This document shows, one piece after another, positions 1 through 12,937 of a stretch of 64,000 nt of DNA. The stretch is from Mobula birostris (lineage: Eukaryota), in assembly GCF_030028105.1 (NCBI RefSeq), contig NC_092373.1:147289556-147353555 (forward strand), given 5' to 3'. The notes below the pieces were generated by a model, which worked only from the letters and a program-made list of their open reading frames with translations, had not been told where the DNA came from and searched no databases. The number at the start of each line of letters is the position of its first letter. Position 1 is the stretch's first letter. A program made the position numbers and the translations under genes.

Positions 1-339
1 AGGAAAATTGCAAATATAATACTTTTGTCTAAATAAGCATGCAGGGTTGAATCCAATAATTAGAAACTAGTTTATTTAACTTGTGTAACAGGCCAACATT
101 GAAAAAAATAATTAGCAATGAATACCTACACTATTGTAATTGGAGAATTGTGTCCAGGTGTGGATACCATCGCTCAGGCAAAAGCCCAAGAATTTAAAGA
201 AGGTACTAATGAGATATGCTGAAATGCTCTCAGGGATGAGTTACCTTAGATGAAGGTATAGATTGGATATGATGATCTTATCTTTCCACCTTGGAATAAA
301 GGAGCTTGCAAGAGAATATAACAGTGATATTAGAATCTA

Positions 340-540
340 CCTTGTCATAGTTTTTGCACCTTATTATCTACAGCACTGAACTTCCTCTGTAATTGTAACA
401 GCAACATTATATTCTCCATTCTATTGCTTTTCCTTTGGCACTGCTTCAAAGTATTTAAGTTTTGAAATGATCTGTATGGATGGCATGCAAAACTAGTTTT
501 TCTCTAGATCTTGGTACATGTAACAATAATAAGCCAAGAC
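340..540 (+). mobile_element. Isolated LINE 3' UTR (Rex1/Babar-like tail)
   Basis: 'tttgcaccttatt...gatctgtatggatggcatgcaaaac...ggtacatgtaacaataataa' resembles the non-CR1 LINE tails seen elsewhere in the window. No ORF. Confidence 0.5.
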
Positions 541-699
541 AAATACCAGGTATTTGAAATTATGAAAGACATAGGTAATTAAATGGAAGGAAATTGTGTG
601 CATCGAACCGGGGATATAGAATGGTGGTAGTCGGCAAAACAAGTGAAGTGAGGTAAATCTTTTATCCAATGAGTCGATAGGATCTAGAAAGTACCTCTG

Positions 700-1990
700 C
701 ATTTAGAGAATCATGGTCTGATCAGAGACGGTCAGCATGGCTTTGTGAAGGGCAGATCGTGTCTAACAAGCCTGATAGAGTTCTTTGAGGAGGTGAGCAG
801 GCATATAGATGACGGTAGTGCAGTGGATGTGATCTATATGGATTTTAGTAAGGCATTTGACAAGGTTCCACATGGTAGGCTTATTCAGAAAGTTAGAAGG
901 CATGGTCCAGGGAAGTTTGGCCAGGTGGATTCAGAATTGGCTTGCCTGCAGAAGGCAGAGGGTGGTGGTGGAGGGAGTACATTCAGATTGGAGGATTGTG
1001 ACTAGTGGTGTCCCACAAGGATCTGTTCTGGGACCTCTACTTTTTGTGATTTTTATTAACGACCTGGATGTGGGGGTAGAGGGGTGAGTTGGCAAGTCTG
1101 CAGATGACACAAAGGTTGGTGGTGTTGTAGATAGTATAGAGGATTGTCAAAGATTGCAGAGAGACATTGATAGGATGCAGAAGTGGGCTGAGAAGTGGCA
1201 GATGGAGTTCAACCCGGAGAAGTGTGAGGTGGTACACTTTGGAAGGACAAATTCCAAGGCAGAGTACAAAGTAAATAGCAGGATACTTGGTAGTGTGGAG
1301 GAGCAGAGGGATCTCGGGGTACTCGTCCACAGATCCCTGAAAGTTGCCTCACAGGTGGATAGGGTAGTTAAGAAAGCTTATGGGGTGTTAGCTTTCATAA
1401 GTCGAGGAATAGAGTTTAAGAGCTGTGATGTAATGATGCAGCTCTATAAACCTCTGGTTAGGCCACACTTGGAGTACTGTATCCAGTTCTGGTCACCTCA
1501 CTATAGGAAGGATGTGGAAGCATTGGAAAGGGTACAGAGGAGATTTACCAGAATGCTGCCTGGTTTAGAAAGTATGCATTATGATCAGAGATTAAGGAAG
1601 CTAGGGCTTTACTCTTTGGAGAGAAGGAGGATGAGAGGAGACATGATAGAGGTGTACAAGATAATAAGAGGAATAGATAGAGTGGATAGCCAGTGCCTCT
1701 TCCCCAGGGCATCACTGCTCAGTACAAGAGGACATGGCTTTAAGGTAAGGGGTGGGAAGTTCAAGAGGGATATTAGAGGAAGGTTTTTTACTCAGAGAGT
1801 GGTTGGTGCATGGAATGCACTGCCTGAGTCAGTGGTGGAGGCAGATACACTAGTGAAGTTTAAGAGACTACTAGACAGGTATATGGAGGAATTTAAGGTG
1901 GGGGCTTATATGGGAGGCAGGGTTTGAGGGTTGGCACAACATTGTGGGCCAAAGGGCCTGTACTGTGCGGTACTATTCTATGTTCTATAT
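700..1990 (+). mobile_element. Young 5'-truncated CR1 LINE (RT domain to 3' UTR), disrupted by a frameshift and a stop
   Basis: ORFs give [63 protein letters not shown] and RPHLEYCIQFWSP. The 3' UTR has 'gggccaaagggcctgtactgtg' and a (TTCTATG)-type tail. Confidence 0.95.
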
Positions 1991-2740
1991 GTATTAGAGG
2001 AGGCAGATTCAATGCTGCATTCAAAAATTAGATAGAAGAGTTTATTAAAGGAAGAAATTTGTAGGACCTGTGGAGAAAAAGGAAAGGAAATGGGACAGGC
2101 TGGACCACGTGTAGATAGAGCTGGCCTCCATTTTAGCTATAAAATTGTGTGAATTTGTGCAAGGCTCACTAGAGCAGGATGTACTTTTCAATGTAGTGGT
2201 GTAGGGATGTAATTTAAACATGATCAGTGGTGGAGCTGCGAACTTAATGAATATAACATTTATGCAAGTACTTACCAGAATTTTACCATGCTTCTTTTCC
2301 TCAGAGTTAAGAATGTTCTGCCTGAGTGTTGTGACATATGCTTTCACCAATCTGTCCAACAGTGCGTTGTGCTTGACTTTAACACAAACGACTTTCAGTC
2401 TTCATCATTGCAGTGACTCAGCAGATAACCTAAGAACCAGCACCATTATGCTGAGCAGAAGAAGAATGTGATATCAGTGCATTTGATGCCAGTTCAGATT
2501 CTGACTCTGTGAGGGTTGAATAGATTAGATTGGAGGTGTTTGCCTTACATGGAGAGACGGAGAGCACTAAAGCCACATTCTGTGTACTCTCCCCAGAGGG
2601 GAAGTCTGCAAATAAATACAGTCCTCTGGTACATAGATGAGGACATCTATGGGGTGCATACATTGGAATGCTGGGTTGAATGCATGTGGAAATGCTTGGC
2701 ACATTGCCTAGCCTGAATTAAGGATACAAAGGAACTTAGG

Positions 2741-3960
2741 AATCAGAACTAGAATTAGAATCTGGTTTATTAACACTGACATCTGTCATGAAATCTGTTG
2801 TTCTGCAGCAGCAATGCAGTTCAAGACATAGAAATTACTATAAGTTACAAATATAAATAAATTGTGCAAAAGGCAAAAGTGAGGTTGGGTTCATGGACCA
2901 TTCAGAAATCTCATGGTGGAGAGGAAGAAGCTGTTTTTGAAACATTGAATGTAGGCTTTTGGTCTCTTGTAACTCCACCGCAAAGGTGATAGCACAAAGA
3001 GGGCATATCTCAGATGCTGAGGGTCTTTAATAATGGATGCCGACTTCCTGAGGCACCACATCTTGACAACGTCCTCCATAACAGCTGTGATGCAGTTGGT
3101 CAGAGTGCTCTTCACTGTACATTTTCAGAAATTTGCAAGTCTTTTGTAGTGAACCAAGTATCCCCAGCTCTGAAGTGCCTGCATTAATGCGTTGGTCCAA
3201 AATGAATCTTCTGAGATGTTTATGCTCAGGAATTGAAGCTGCTCAGCTTTCTACCACAGATACCTCAATGAGGACTAGTGTATGCTCTCCTCACTTCCCC
3301 TTCCTGAAGTCCACAATCAATTCCTTATTCTTGATGAGTTTGAGTACAAGGTTGATGTTGTGACACCACTCAACAATCCAAACCATCACACTCCTGTATG
3401 CCTCTTCGTCACTGTGAGATTCTGTCAATAACAGTGGTGTCATTGTCAGATTTATAGATGGTATTTGAGCTGTGTTTGATGGTGTTGAGAGAGTAGAGAA
3501 TAAAGCCATGTATATAGCCATGGTAGAATGATGGTTAGTGTGAAGCTATTATAGCTTTGGAGTTTGGAATTTAATCCTGGTGTTCGCTCAGGAGTTTGCT
3601 TGTCCTCCTTATGGAATGTGTGGTTTTCTCTGGGTGCTCCAGTTTCCACCCACAGTCCAAAGATGTACTGGTTAGTAGGTTTAAAATTTAACGTTTTTAA
3701 ATTGGACATTTTAAATTGGTCTGTGATTAGGCTAGAGCTAAATTGGGGGTTGCTTGACGATGCAACTTGAAGGGTCAGCAGGGCCAATACTGCACGGTAT
3801 GCCTAAATAAATAAATAAATAATATCCTCCAGGTGTTCCTGTGTAGAGTGTGAATGAGGAGGAGATGTTATTACTAATCCTCAATGACTGTGGTCTCCTG
3901 ATGAAGAAGTCGAGGTTCCAGTTGTAGAGGGAGGTACTGAGGCAGCTCTGTAAATCCTCC
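2741..3960 (-). mobile_element. Decayed Rex1/Babar-like LINE (RT C-terminus and 3' tail), interrupted by a SINE
   Basis: Minus-strand peptides WCHNINLVL..KNKELIVDFRK and ASIIKDPQH..YALF..RSYK..FKNSFF. An (ATTCTG)n-type tail lies at 2741-2765. Confidence 0.8.
3520..3823 (+). mobile_element. V-SINE (HE1-like tRNA-derived SINE) with a CR1-type tail
   Basis: V-domain core 'ggttttctctgggtgctccagtttccacccacagtccaaagatgtactggttagtaggtt', a CR1-like 3' end and a (TAAA)n tail. Confidence 0.8.
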
Positions 3961-4219
3961 ATGTCTCCTTTGACTATACCTCCACTGTCATCACCTCTGA
4001 GGCTGTAGTCCTGTCATTGGCTATATGCTGGGAGCACAATACAACCAACAGATTGGACTTGCCAAAATGTCAATGCGGGATGGCACGGTAAGCATTCTTG
4101 GTAAGCGATAGTGATCAAGTGTTTTGGCTCATCTGGTTTTGCAGGTGACATGTTGGTGGCAGTTTGCCAGAGAGGTAGCCTGGTTGAAGTTCCTCACAAT
4201 GACTTAGGAGCAACAGCCA

Positions 4220-4706
4220 AAGGCTGTTTAAGGCCTTGGGCACTGTGCATTAAACAAAACATGGAATATGATAGGGAAACACCAGACAGGATTGTGTGAG
4301 GAATGTCAGGAAGAGGAGTCAGTAGAGCATGTAGTTCTGAGTTGCAGGAAGTGTGGGATACAGAGAGAGATGATGAGAATTAATCTAAGGGAATTGGGGG
4401 TGCAGGAATTCACATTAAAAGTGTTGCTGGGCATGGGTGAGAGAGCACGGGTCAGGGTATTTTTAGCTTTCTTAAGGGGTACAGGGTTTTTTTAATAGGA
4501 TATGATGGATAAGCAGGGATAGGGTACTAGGATGGCCAAAGCTGGGAGGATAAAGTGTAGGTTAGGGTATGTGTGTCTGTGTGTGAATGGATGAAGGGAT
4601 TTAGAATGTAAGTCTATTGTACACTCCGGAGCAGAAGGTGGCGGTAATGCACCGTTAAGCTGGGTGCCAACTGCTGTAAAACAAGATGGAGAAGAAGCAG
4701 AGAAGA
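4220..4706 (+). mobile_element. 3' end of a Nimb/I-group LINE
   Basis: C-terminal CCHC knuckle CEECQEEESVEHVVLSC. The 3' UTR 'ggtggcggtaatgcacc...tgccaactgc' is followed by a (GAA)n tail, typical of fish Nimb elements. Confidence 0.75.
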
Positions 4707-5029
4707 CTTGGAAGAAATCAGGTTGCACTTTCTCATGACTGCTGACCATAGTGCTCCGCTCTTTCAGCGCCAGCTTGACATCTGCCAGGGGTGGAATATC
4801 GGTCTCCAACCCCTCTATCTAGACACAGGGGTATACCATTTCATATCTGAATGTAGTATATACGTACTCTCGGTGCCAGATACTATTGAAACTGCCATGG
4901 GGTAACAGCTGACACACAAAATTACAATACTGCAGGGATCGTCCAAAGTGTTTATACTTCATGCAGTCTCAAGCCACTTTTTTATGAGTGCATATTGGGA
5001 CTTCTGTTAACTGTATATATTGATGGCCA

Positions 5030-5580
5030 ATATATTGAAAGTAACAGATGACACTATGTTGAGACACAGTAAAATGCGTTGATAAAAGCTGACAGTTAGG
5101 AAAGATCATAGATAAATGATTGGGAAGGTGTGGGGTTCATTATGGAAAGAGGTGAGATTGTCCTTTTCAGAGTCATGAAAGAAAGATCTGAATATTTTCT
5201 TAATGATGAGAGTACAAAAGTCAACCACTAAAACTTAGGGCACAGGGATAAAAAGTAAAAGAGTTACTAGTGGGATGTTGGACCTTATTCAAGCAAACTA
5301 CAATTCTAAAGAGAGTAAATGTTGCATCAATTGTATAGAGACTTGGTCCAACACAATTTGTATTAATTTTAGAGGCACACACCTAAAGTGAGGCATATTG
5401 GCCTTGGGCTTGGCATTAGACAGATTCACCACAATTAGGCCTTTGCCTAAAGTATGCACGATGAATAATTATAAAGCCTTAGCTAATAGTCTATTGACAG
5501 GAGAGTTGTGATTTACCTGATGTTTTTAGATGCTAAAGAAATGTGATTGGCTAAATACAGTCAAATTCTTGCAGAGAGAC
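5030..5580 (+). mobile_element. Very decayed CR1 RT C-terminal fragment
   Basis: Degenerate 'cagatgacactatg' (ADDTK-like), 'caattgtatagagacttggtc...acac' (QLY..LVRPH-like) and 'cagattcaccacaatt' (RFTRM-like). Confidence 0.45.
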
Positions 5581-6428
5581 AAAAGAACATCAGCACCATT
5601 ATAGAACATGGTACTGCATGGAAACAGGCCCTTTGGCTCACAATGTTGTGCTGACCCAATTAAATTAGCAATGAAGTGGATAACTAAACTAATCTGTTCC
5701 CTCTACACAATGTCCATATTCCACCATTTTCCTCACATTCAAGTGTCTATCTATATTTCTTAAAAGTCCCTAGTGAATCTGCCTCTGCCACTGCCAGAAG
5801 CAGCACATTCCAAGCACTCACAACTTTTATATATAAAAAAAACTTGCCCCTCACATCTCTTTTAGAATCACCCCCTCTCTTTAAATGCATGCCCTCTGGT
5901 ATTAGACTTTTCACCTTTGGGAAAAAAATGCTGCCTGTCTTCTTTATCTATGCCTCTTATAAACCTTTATGAGAGCTCTCCACAGTCTTTGCCACTCCAC
6001 AGAAAACAACACAAGTTTGTCCAACTTGTGTTTATTGCACATGCCCTCGAATCCAGGCAGCATCCTGGTAAACCTCTTCTACACCTACTCCAAAGCTTTG
6101 ACGTCCTTCCTATAATAGGGCAACCAGAACTGTATGTAATACTCCAGATGGATCTAACTTAAGTTTTATAAAGCTGCAACATATCTTCCTGACTTTTGAA
6201 CTCAATGCCTTGACTAATAAAGGCAAATATGCCTTATGCCTTCTTAAGCACCCCAACAACCTCTGTAGCCACTTTCAGGGAGTGATGAACTTGGACCCCA
6301 AGGTCCTTCTGCTTTGCATCCAAGCAAATGTTCCCCCCCCCCACACGTTATCCTGGACTGGCCCACTCCTCTTCCTGGATATTCTCTTGCTCTTGAATTA
6401 TGTAAAGAATGCCTTGAGATTCTCTTTA

Positions 6429-6656
6429 CATAGAACATAGGAGAACATAGGACATAGAATGGTACAACACAGTACAGGCCCTTCGGCCCACAATGTTGTG
6501 CTTACCCTTAAACCCTACCTCCCACATAACCCCCCACCTTAAATTCCTCCATATAACTGTCTAGTAGTCTCTCAAGTTTCACTAGTGTATCTACCTCCAC
6601 CACTGACTCAGGCAGTGCATTCCACGCACCAGTCACTCTCTGAGTAAAAAACCTTT
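6429..6656 (-). mobile_element. Very short 3' end of the young CR1 subfamily
   Basis: The reverse complement closely matches 1780-1990 (FFTQRVVGAWNALPESVVE region, 3' UTR and (CATAGAA)n tail). Confidence 0.9.
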
Positions 6657-6949
6657 TTAATCCTACTTGCTAAAGGCTTTTCATGGCCCATCCTGGCTTT
6701 TCTAATTTGTTCTTGAGTTTTTTTTCTGTCTTCTTTATAATCCTCAGGGCTCTGTTTGATTCCTGCTTCCTAAACTTTACAAACTTTTCCTTGCAATGTC
6801 TAAACCTATTCTTATCAATAGCTATCTTGAAACTTAAGGAGTTGTGGTAACTGTTCCCTAACTGCTCACCCAGTGAAATGTCCATCATCTAGCCAGGCTA
6901 ACTACTCAACACTTGATCCAGTAAATCCCTCCTCTTGTTGGACAATCTC

Positions 6950-7338
6950 AATGTTCAAAGTACAATTATTAACAGCCCTGAAATTTGTCTTCCTCACAGA
7001 CAGTTACAGAACAAAGAAGAATCATGAAACCAACCTGATCAAAGAAAAACATCAAACATTAAACTACCCAATGTGCAAAAAATTGCACAAACGTCAACAA
7101 AAAAAGAGCAAAAGCACAGAATATAAAACATAAAAAGCATATTTCAGTAAGTTTCAGCTCAGTGATCATTGTCCACCCCGATTCAAAAATTGAACAAAAG
7201 TAGTAACAAAAAAAGTGCGAACAGGACTGGATCACATCATAAAAAACGGAATCAGAGTCCAAATCTACAACCTTCAGTGATTAAACCTTGCTCCGGCCCC
7301 ATCCACAGACAGCATTTGGGGGGGGGGGGGCGAGGGGG

Positions 7339-7384
<46 letters not shown>

Positions 7385-7815
7385 AAGAGAGAGCTAGAGA
7401 GAGAGAGAGAGAGATCACTTGAATGCAAGGTCCCATGGGAGCAGTGAGCAAGAGAGAGCAATTGAGTGACAAACCCATACACAGATGCCATCAGCAACAA
7501 GCGAGAGGTTGATAGATGGCACTGAACACTCAATCTTTCCTGGTGCTTTGACAGGCAAGAGATGGCGTCAATCACAATCTCGTACCCTACCTCCTGGCTT
7601 CCTGACCTCCATGCCACACACTTTGATCGCAGCCTCGTGGAACACTCTTAGAAACAGCAAATGATCGGCCTGAAGTCACACTGTCAGAATGTAGATTATA
7701 GGCTCTAACAGTAGCAGAACCATATCTGAAATAAAAAGAAGCTGTAAAAGGAATGAAAAGAATTGCTTCATGACCAGTCTTGAGGAGGTCACCTTTGGTA
7801 GCTCCATCTTCTTCC
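6950..7815 (-). mobile_element. Non-autonomous retroelement with an AAGATGG(C/A)G 5' end and a Rex-like 3' tail
   Basis: It interrupts the CR1 endonuclease. The minus strand starts 'ggaagaagatggagc' and ends '...tgtactttgaac'. No credible ORF. Same architecture as 24622-25492. Confidence 0.55.
7318..7414. repeat. Poly-G run followed by a (GA)n microsatellite
   Basis: Directly visible. Confidence 0.95.
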
Positions 7816-8789
7816 AGATACTAATTTGAGAAACACTCCAGGGTGTACTTAGCACATTCTGATCCATCTAATCCACTTGCACTAAGAAGGTCCCAGTTCA
7901 TATTAGGGAAGTTGAAGTCCACCATGGCAACAACCCTATTGTCTTTAAATCTTTCCTGCATATCTGTGGCTCAATGTCCTGGTGGCTACTGGGGAGCAAT
8001 TCCATCAGAGTGTTTGCATCCTTCCTATTTTTGAGTTCTACCCATATAGACTCAGTGGACGAGCTTTCCATTATGAGTGTAGCTGTGATATTGTCCCTGA
8101 TTAGTAGTGCAATATCTCCCCCCCAATCTTTTTTACCAGCCTTTATATCTTTTCCAAAACATTGAATCACTGAGACGTGAATCACCCATCCCTGCCTCTG
8201 TCTCAACCAAGTTTGTGTAATGGCCACAACATCAAAGTTCTATGTAATGATCCATGCTCTAAATTCATCACCCTCACCCATAATACTCCTAGCATTAAAA
8301 TACACACATATCAAACCAACTGTCCCATCATATCTATTATTTTACTCCTGTCTATCTCTACAGGTCCTGACATCTACCTACCTCTTCACTTCTCCACTTT
8401 CAGACCCGGTGCACTGGTAGCACTAGTAAACCTTCTGGCCAGGATATTGGTTTTATTCCAGTTTAGGTACAACCCGTCCCTCTTGTATAGGTCACCCTTA
8501 CCTCCGAGAAGGTTCTAATGGTCCAATAACCTGAAATCCTGTTCCCTGCGCCAGTTCCTCAGCCACTCTTTCATCTTTACTATTATGCTATTCTTGTTCT
8601 GACTAACATTTGGCACTGAGAGTAATGTAGACATTAGCACCTTGGAGGACCTGGTATTCAGCCTTTATCCTAACTCACTACACTCTCTGTGCAGGACCTC
8701 TCCCCACTTTCCACCTATGTCATTGGTGAGGATATTCATCATGCCCTCCAGCTGCTCACCCTCACCTTTAAGAATATTCTGCAGCCACT

Positions 8790-8990
8790 CTTTTTTTTTT
8801 ATAAAGCTACAGAAGTTTATTTACACAAGAATAACACAAAGTACAAATATTAAGTATTTGCAAGACAGTGAATGAATTCAAATTAAAACACGATTATTAC
8901 TGTCTATAAAACAGTCAATTCCCTGGGGGGCCCACCACTCTTGGCAATCCCCCACTGTTCCCATTGTGGCTGCATGTGACCACCTCAGTA
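8790..8990 (-). mobile_element. L1/Tx1-clade LINE 3' end with poly(A)
   Basis: The minus strand reads ..HAATMGTVGDCQEWWAPQGIDCFIDSNNRVLI*, like the Tx1 ORF2 C-terminus, followed by a short UTR and an A-tail (T-run at 8790-8800). Confidence 0.7.
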
Positions 8991-9629
8991 ATATTTTCAT
9001 CTATGGGATTTACTGCCTCCTGGATAGCGCTTAGTACATCCAGCTCCAGCTCCAGTTCCTTGATGCTGCTGATCAGGAGCTGAAGTTAGGTCTACTTCCT
9101 GCAGATGTAGTCATCAGAGAGACTGCTGAAATCCCACATCTCACAGGAAGAGCATTCCACCACATTAACCATCCTGCCTACATTGAACTAAGGGCTAAGG
9201 ATTTACAGACAAAAAAAAACGCTTACCTGTTCTTACCTGTGCCGTCTCTTTAAAACTTATGAGTTTCGCACACACCTTAGTCATTTGCTGAACCTCTTCC
9301 TGCCGAGCTTGTAATACCTTAGCTCCAACTTCTCAAACCCAAGTTCCACAATCACAACTGACTCAGCACTCTTAGCCTCTGACTGTTCTCGCTGAAGCCT
9401 GTTGAGCCAAAGCCTGACCACTTTAACACTGGCCCACTCCAACAGAAAATCTGAAAATTAGAGATTGAATACTTTACAAAGAAATCAAGAGAAAATTTGC
9501 AAGAAAAACTTAACGAAGTCGGGTAAAAATAAGTTGTATCACTAATAGAGATTATGAAACGATAGGATCCATCTAGCTTAATCACACTAAGCAGAAAAGA
9601 TATTCAGCTAGACTTATCTTGCCCAGTCG

Positions 9630-9910
9630 AGCACACAAATAGCTCAATGAGTCAGACAGTATCTTTTGAGAGAAATAAACAGTTGAGATTTTGGGTCAAG
9701 ACCTTTTTTCGGGACTGGAAAGAAGAGGTTGATCTAATTGAGGAAGTGTGAGAATGGAAATGATGTAAGAAGCTGGAAGGTGATAGGTGGGAGTATCAAA
9801 GAGCTGATGAAGATGGAATCTGATTGGAGAGGACTGTGGACAGTGAATAAAGGGAAGAGGTGAGGAGGGAGCTGGTGGGAGGAAGGTGTGGGTGACAGGT
9901 AGATCCAGAG
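9630..9910 (-). mobile_element. Decayed Penelope-like terminal repeat fragment
   Basis: Homologous to the 33460-33530 and 56500-56760 PLE termini. Confidence 0.6.
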
Positions 9911-12605
9911 GATGTGGGAGTGGCTGGTTATTTATGAGACTGCAGTTTGGCCCTATCTGTTTTTTAGAATGTTTAGAAGGTTTATTTATTTCCCTAAAGA
10001 TACTGTATGCTTACTTTTATCTTAATGTACTTTGTATGCACAATGCTGAACAACTGAATTTGGGGATCTGGTTCAAATCAAATTGAGTTTATTGTCGTGT
10101 ACATAAGTATGGTGAGGAACAAGTACGATGAAAAATGTGCTTGCAATGGCATCACGCGAATGTAGGTGCAGACAACACAGAGAATATGAATTATACAAGA
10201 CAGTGCAGAGAAGAATAAAGAGAGTGCTTTACAGATGAAATAATATAGAAGTTGTACTGTTGGATTTTTTTCGTGGCAAGTTAGGTTGAAGAAATCAGAC
10301 TATATTCAGTCCTTGGTTGTGTACTGTGCACATTATGACATCTTATTATGGGTAGGATATAACTGTAAATAGAACAATCAAGAGGACAAGTTTGAACTCT
10401 GTTCAATGAGCTCCCGAACTACCAAAATGTAGTCTGTAGCACGTGTGCATTCACTGTACAGGAAGTACACTAAAAAAATGATGCCGGGCACCATATTTGT
10501 GATGGGGTCTGTACTTATTCACTCAATAGCCATTAGTAGAAGGAGGTGATGCGGAGGGTCAATAATCTATCACAGTAATTTGATAACAGTGTTGCCTTTT
10601 GAAGCTTCATTACCTAGTCTAATCTTATCTTCATCAAGCATGCCTGTGCACTCAAAAATTTCCAGTTAGCAATATCTAAAATGATAGATAACTATTTTCA
10701 GGTTAGATGCTAGATTATTTAAGCATGCATATTCTGAAATTTTACATATTTCTAGAAGCATTGCTCTATCAAGTACCTAGCACAAATGCGGATGCCAATA
10801 CAAACTGATGGAGAAGCTTCGTTGGTTGAGAAATATCTGTGGAAGCAAAAGGATGGTTAATGTTTCAGATCCTCACACTACCAGATGCAAGTTGTCATGT
10901 CCACACTGTAAACATGCATCACTGTATGGGTTCTAATTATAATGAATATGTTCTTTGGGAGGTTTAGAAATTTTCCTTCTGCTTAAGTGCAGCCTGACAT
11001 TACGTGAATTATCTATTTTTGTTTTAGAAATTATAACATGTCAATAACACGTTGATAGATCATGCTGACGAGATAACAACTTGAATTTGTTTTCTCATAT
11101 TTTCTTATGGTACTTGTGCCTCTTCATGGTATTGGTCTGAATGGGCTCACTTTGATCTGCTAAAGGTACCATACATCCCTTTTCTTTCCTCACAGTAATT
11201 TTTTTCCCATTTTATGGCCCAATTGTTCTTGAAGCTTGGTTACCACATCCAACACAAGAAATGGAGTGGCCTCAGGTGGCAGATGCAGAATCCCTTTATT
11301 TATTGCTTGTAGTCACTTGTTGCTTATTGTTTTCAAAGATGTTTGAACAATTTGTAAATGTCTCTGATGTTTAGAGTCATTATTACAACATGTATGGTGT
11401 AGCATAAAACTGAAGGGTGGAATGTTACTAACATTAGTCTCTTCAGCTATGAACATTTTTGCCTCACTCTTAGATGCAATAGAGCTGGAGGCATTTGTTT
11501 TCCTTTCATTCATTTTTGGAACTCTTTTTCATTGTGCAATGAAGCTGACTATTTCTGTAAGGCGGCAGCAAATAAGCACTGGATATGCAGATTGAATGAA
11601 ATATTACTATAAGAAGATCAACCATGACTTTATTAGATGATGGAGCAGGCTTCAGGACCAAATGGTTATTCCTGCTCCTAGTTTATACTGTATGGCAAGT
11701 TTGTCCAATGCACAACACGTAACCTCTAGTTCTTTCTTGACCTTGCATTATACAGCTGCACAAGTCAAGAATGTGCTGACTCATTCACTGCTGTTAACCA
11801 ACAATCTCAGAAGTGTTGGCCAAAATTCAATACATTCTGGCCCATTGTTTTAACAATATGCCTTTCTGCTTTCAGGTCGAGCTTTTGTACAGTGAATGCC
11901 AAAACAAAGCTGCCAAGCTGGAAATCAATGTCAAATTGAATCTTACATTTCATCTGCAAGCCCACATAGTTCAACTTCCAGATGTTCCAAATGCATTTGA
12001 TTTAATTTTACCTGAATTTGTTGAATAGAATTTAATTTGCCTTAAGGTTTATTGTTAGCTTTTGTATGCTTAGGAAACATTTTGTAGAGGTGCAAATACC
12101 TAGCTGCTGCCTTGGATTTTTGTATTACAGAATACAGATGTTGCAGTTTCTGTCTTTTGATACAATGTGTGTGCATATTGTGGAAATGAAGTTTTGCCAG
12201 TCAAAATTTCACCCAACTCAAATAATTCATACCACTACCAATGAAAACTTACCCCTCTGTTGAGGCTGTCTCAACCCAGAACATGTAAAGCAAGATTAAG
12301 GGTCTCAACCTGAAACTTCAAACTCCATTTCCCTCCATTGATGCTGTCTGATCCATTGAGTTCTTCCAGCAGTTTTCGTCTTGAGTTTTTCATTACGTGT
12401 ACTTTGGGATATCCTAAGGTTGTGAAATGTGCTACTCAAATGAAACACACCCTGTTTAATCGTACTTCCTATATTGCATTTTGTTGCACTATTCTTATTA
12501 ATAGTCCAAGCTGCAGCAGATAAAATCTGAATGTATGATGTCAAAGACCAATGTTGCTAATCCTGCTTCAAGTCCAGATGTAAGAATTTCCCTATTTCCC
12601 TTTGA

Positions 12606-12937
12606 TGTAGAAGCAGGCCATTTGACCTATCAAGTCAATGCCATCTCACAGTACAATTGCAATCCCCCACTAGTTTTCCTTGTTACCTATTCTCCCCACA
12701 TTCCTATCAGACCTTCTCAGATTTTACCTCACATCAACACTAGGAACAATTTACAGTGGCCAATTAACCTATCATTTCTAATGACTTTGGGATGTGGGAT
12801 AAAACCAGAGCATTGAAAGAAATCCATGGGGTGGCAGGGAGAATGTGTAAACTCCACATACATAGCAGCAGAAGTGAAGATTAAATCAAGGTTGCCGGAT
12901 CTGGGAGACAATGAGACTACTCACTGTACCACTGCGC
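12606..12937 (-). mobile_element. V-SINE (HE1-like)
   Basis: Reverse of the V-domain core ('ggccaattaaccta...ctttgggatgtgggataaaaccagagca...gggagaatgtgtaaactccaca') plus a tRNA-like head near 12937. Confidence 0.75.

Larger units (their letters stand above)
170..2130 (+). mobile_element. Old, decayed CR1 LINE 3' region, split by two younger insertions (340-540 and 700-1990)
   Basis: Degenerate CR1 ORF2 C-terminal motifs are collinear across both insertions: 'gaaatgctctcagggatgag' (RMLPGM-like), 'tttatccaatgagtcgataggatctagaaa' (FTQRVVRIWN-like), then 'gaggaggcagattcaat...ttcaaaa' (VEADS..FK-like) after 1990. Confidence 0.55.
5600..9300 (-). mobile_element. Long, internally deleted CR1 LINE (ORF1 remnant, endonuclease, 3' end) hosting three insertions
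   Basis: The 3' end 'atagaaca..aggccctttggc' is at 5600. The APE endonuclease peptide AITQTWL...GGDIALLIRDNI..ESIWVELKN is at 7898-8227. ORF1-like sequence at 8400-8790 is homologous to 31500-32700. Confidence 0.8.

Noticed and set aside
1154-1927. 257-aa ORF as a host gene or an active RT
   Set aside because: It is the C-terminus of a 5'-truncated CR1 ORF2 with an upstream frameshift and stop.
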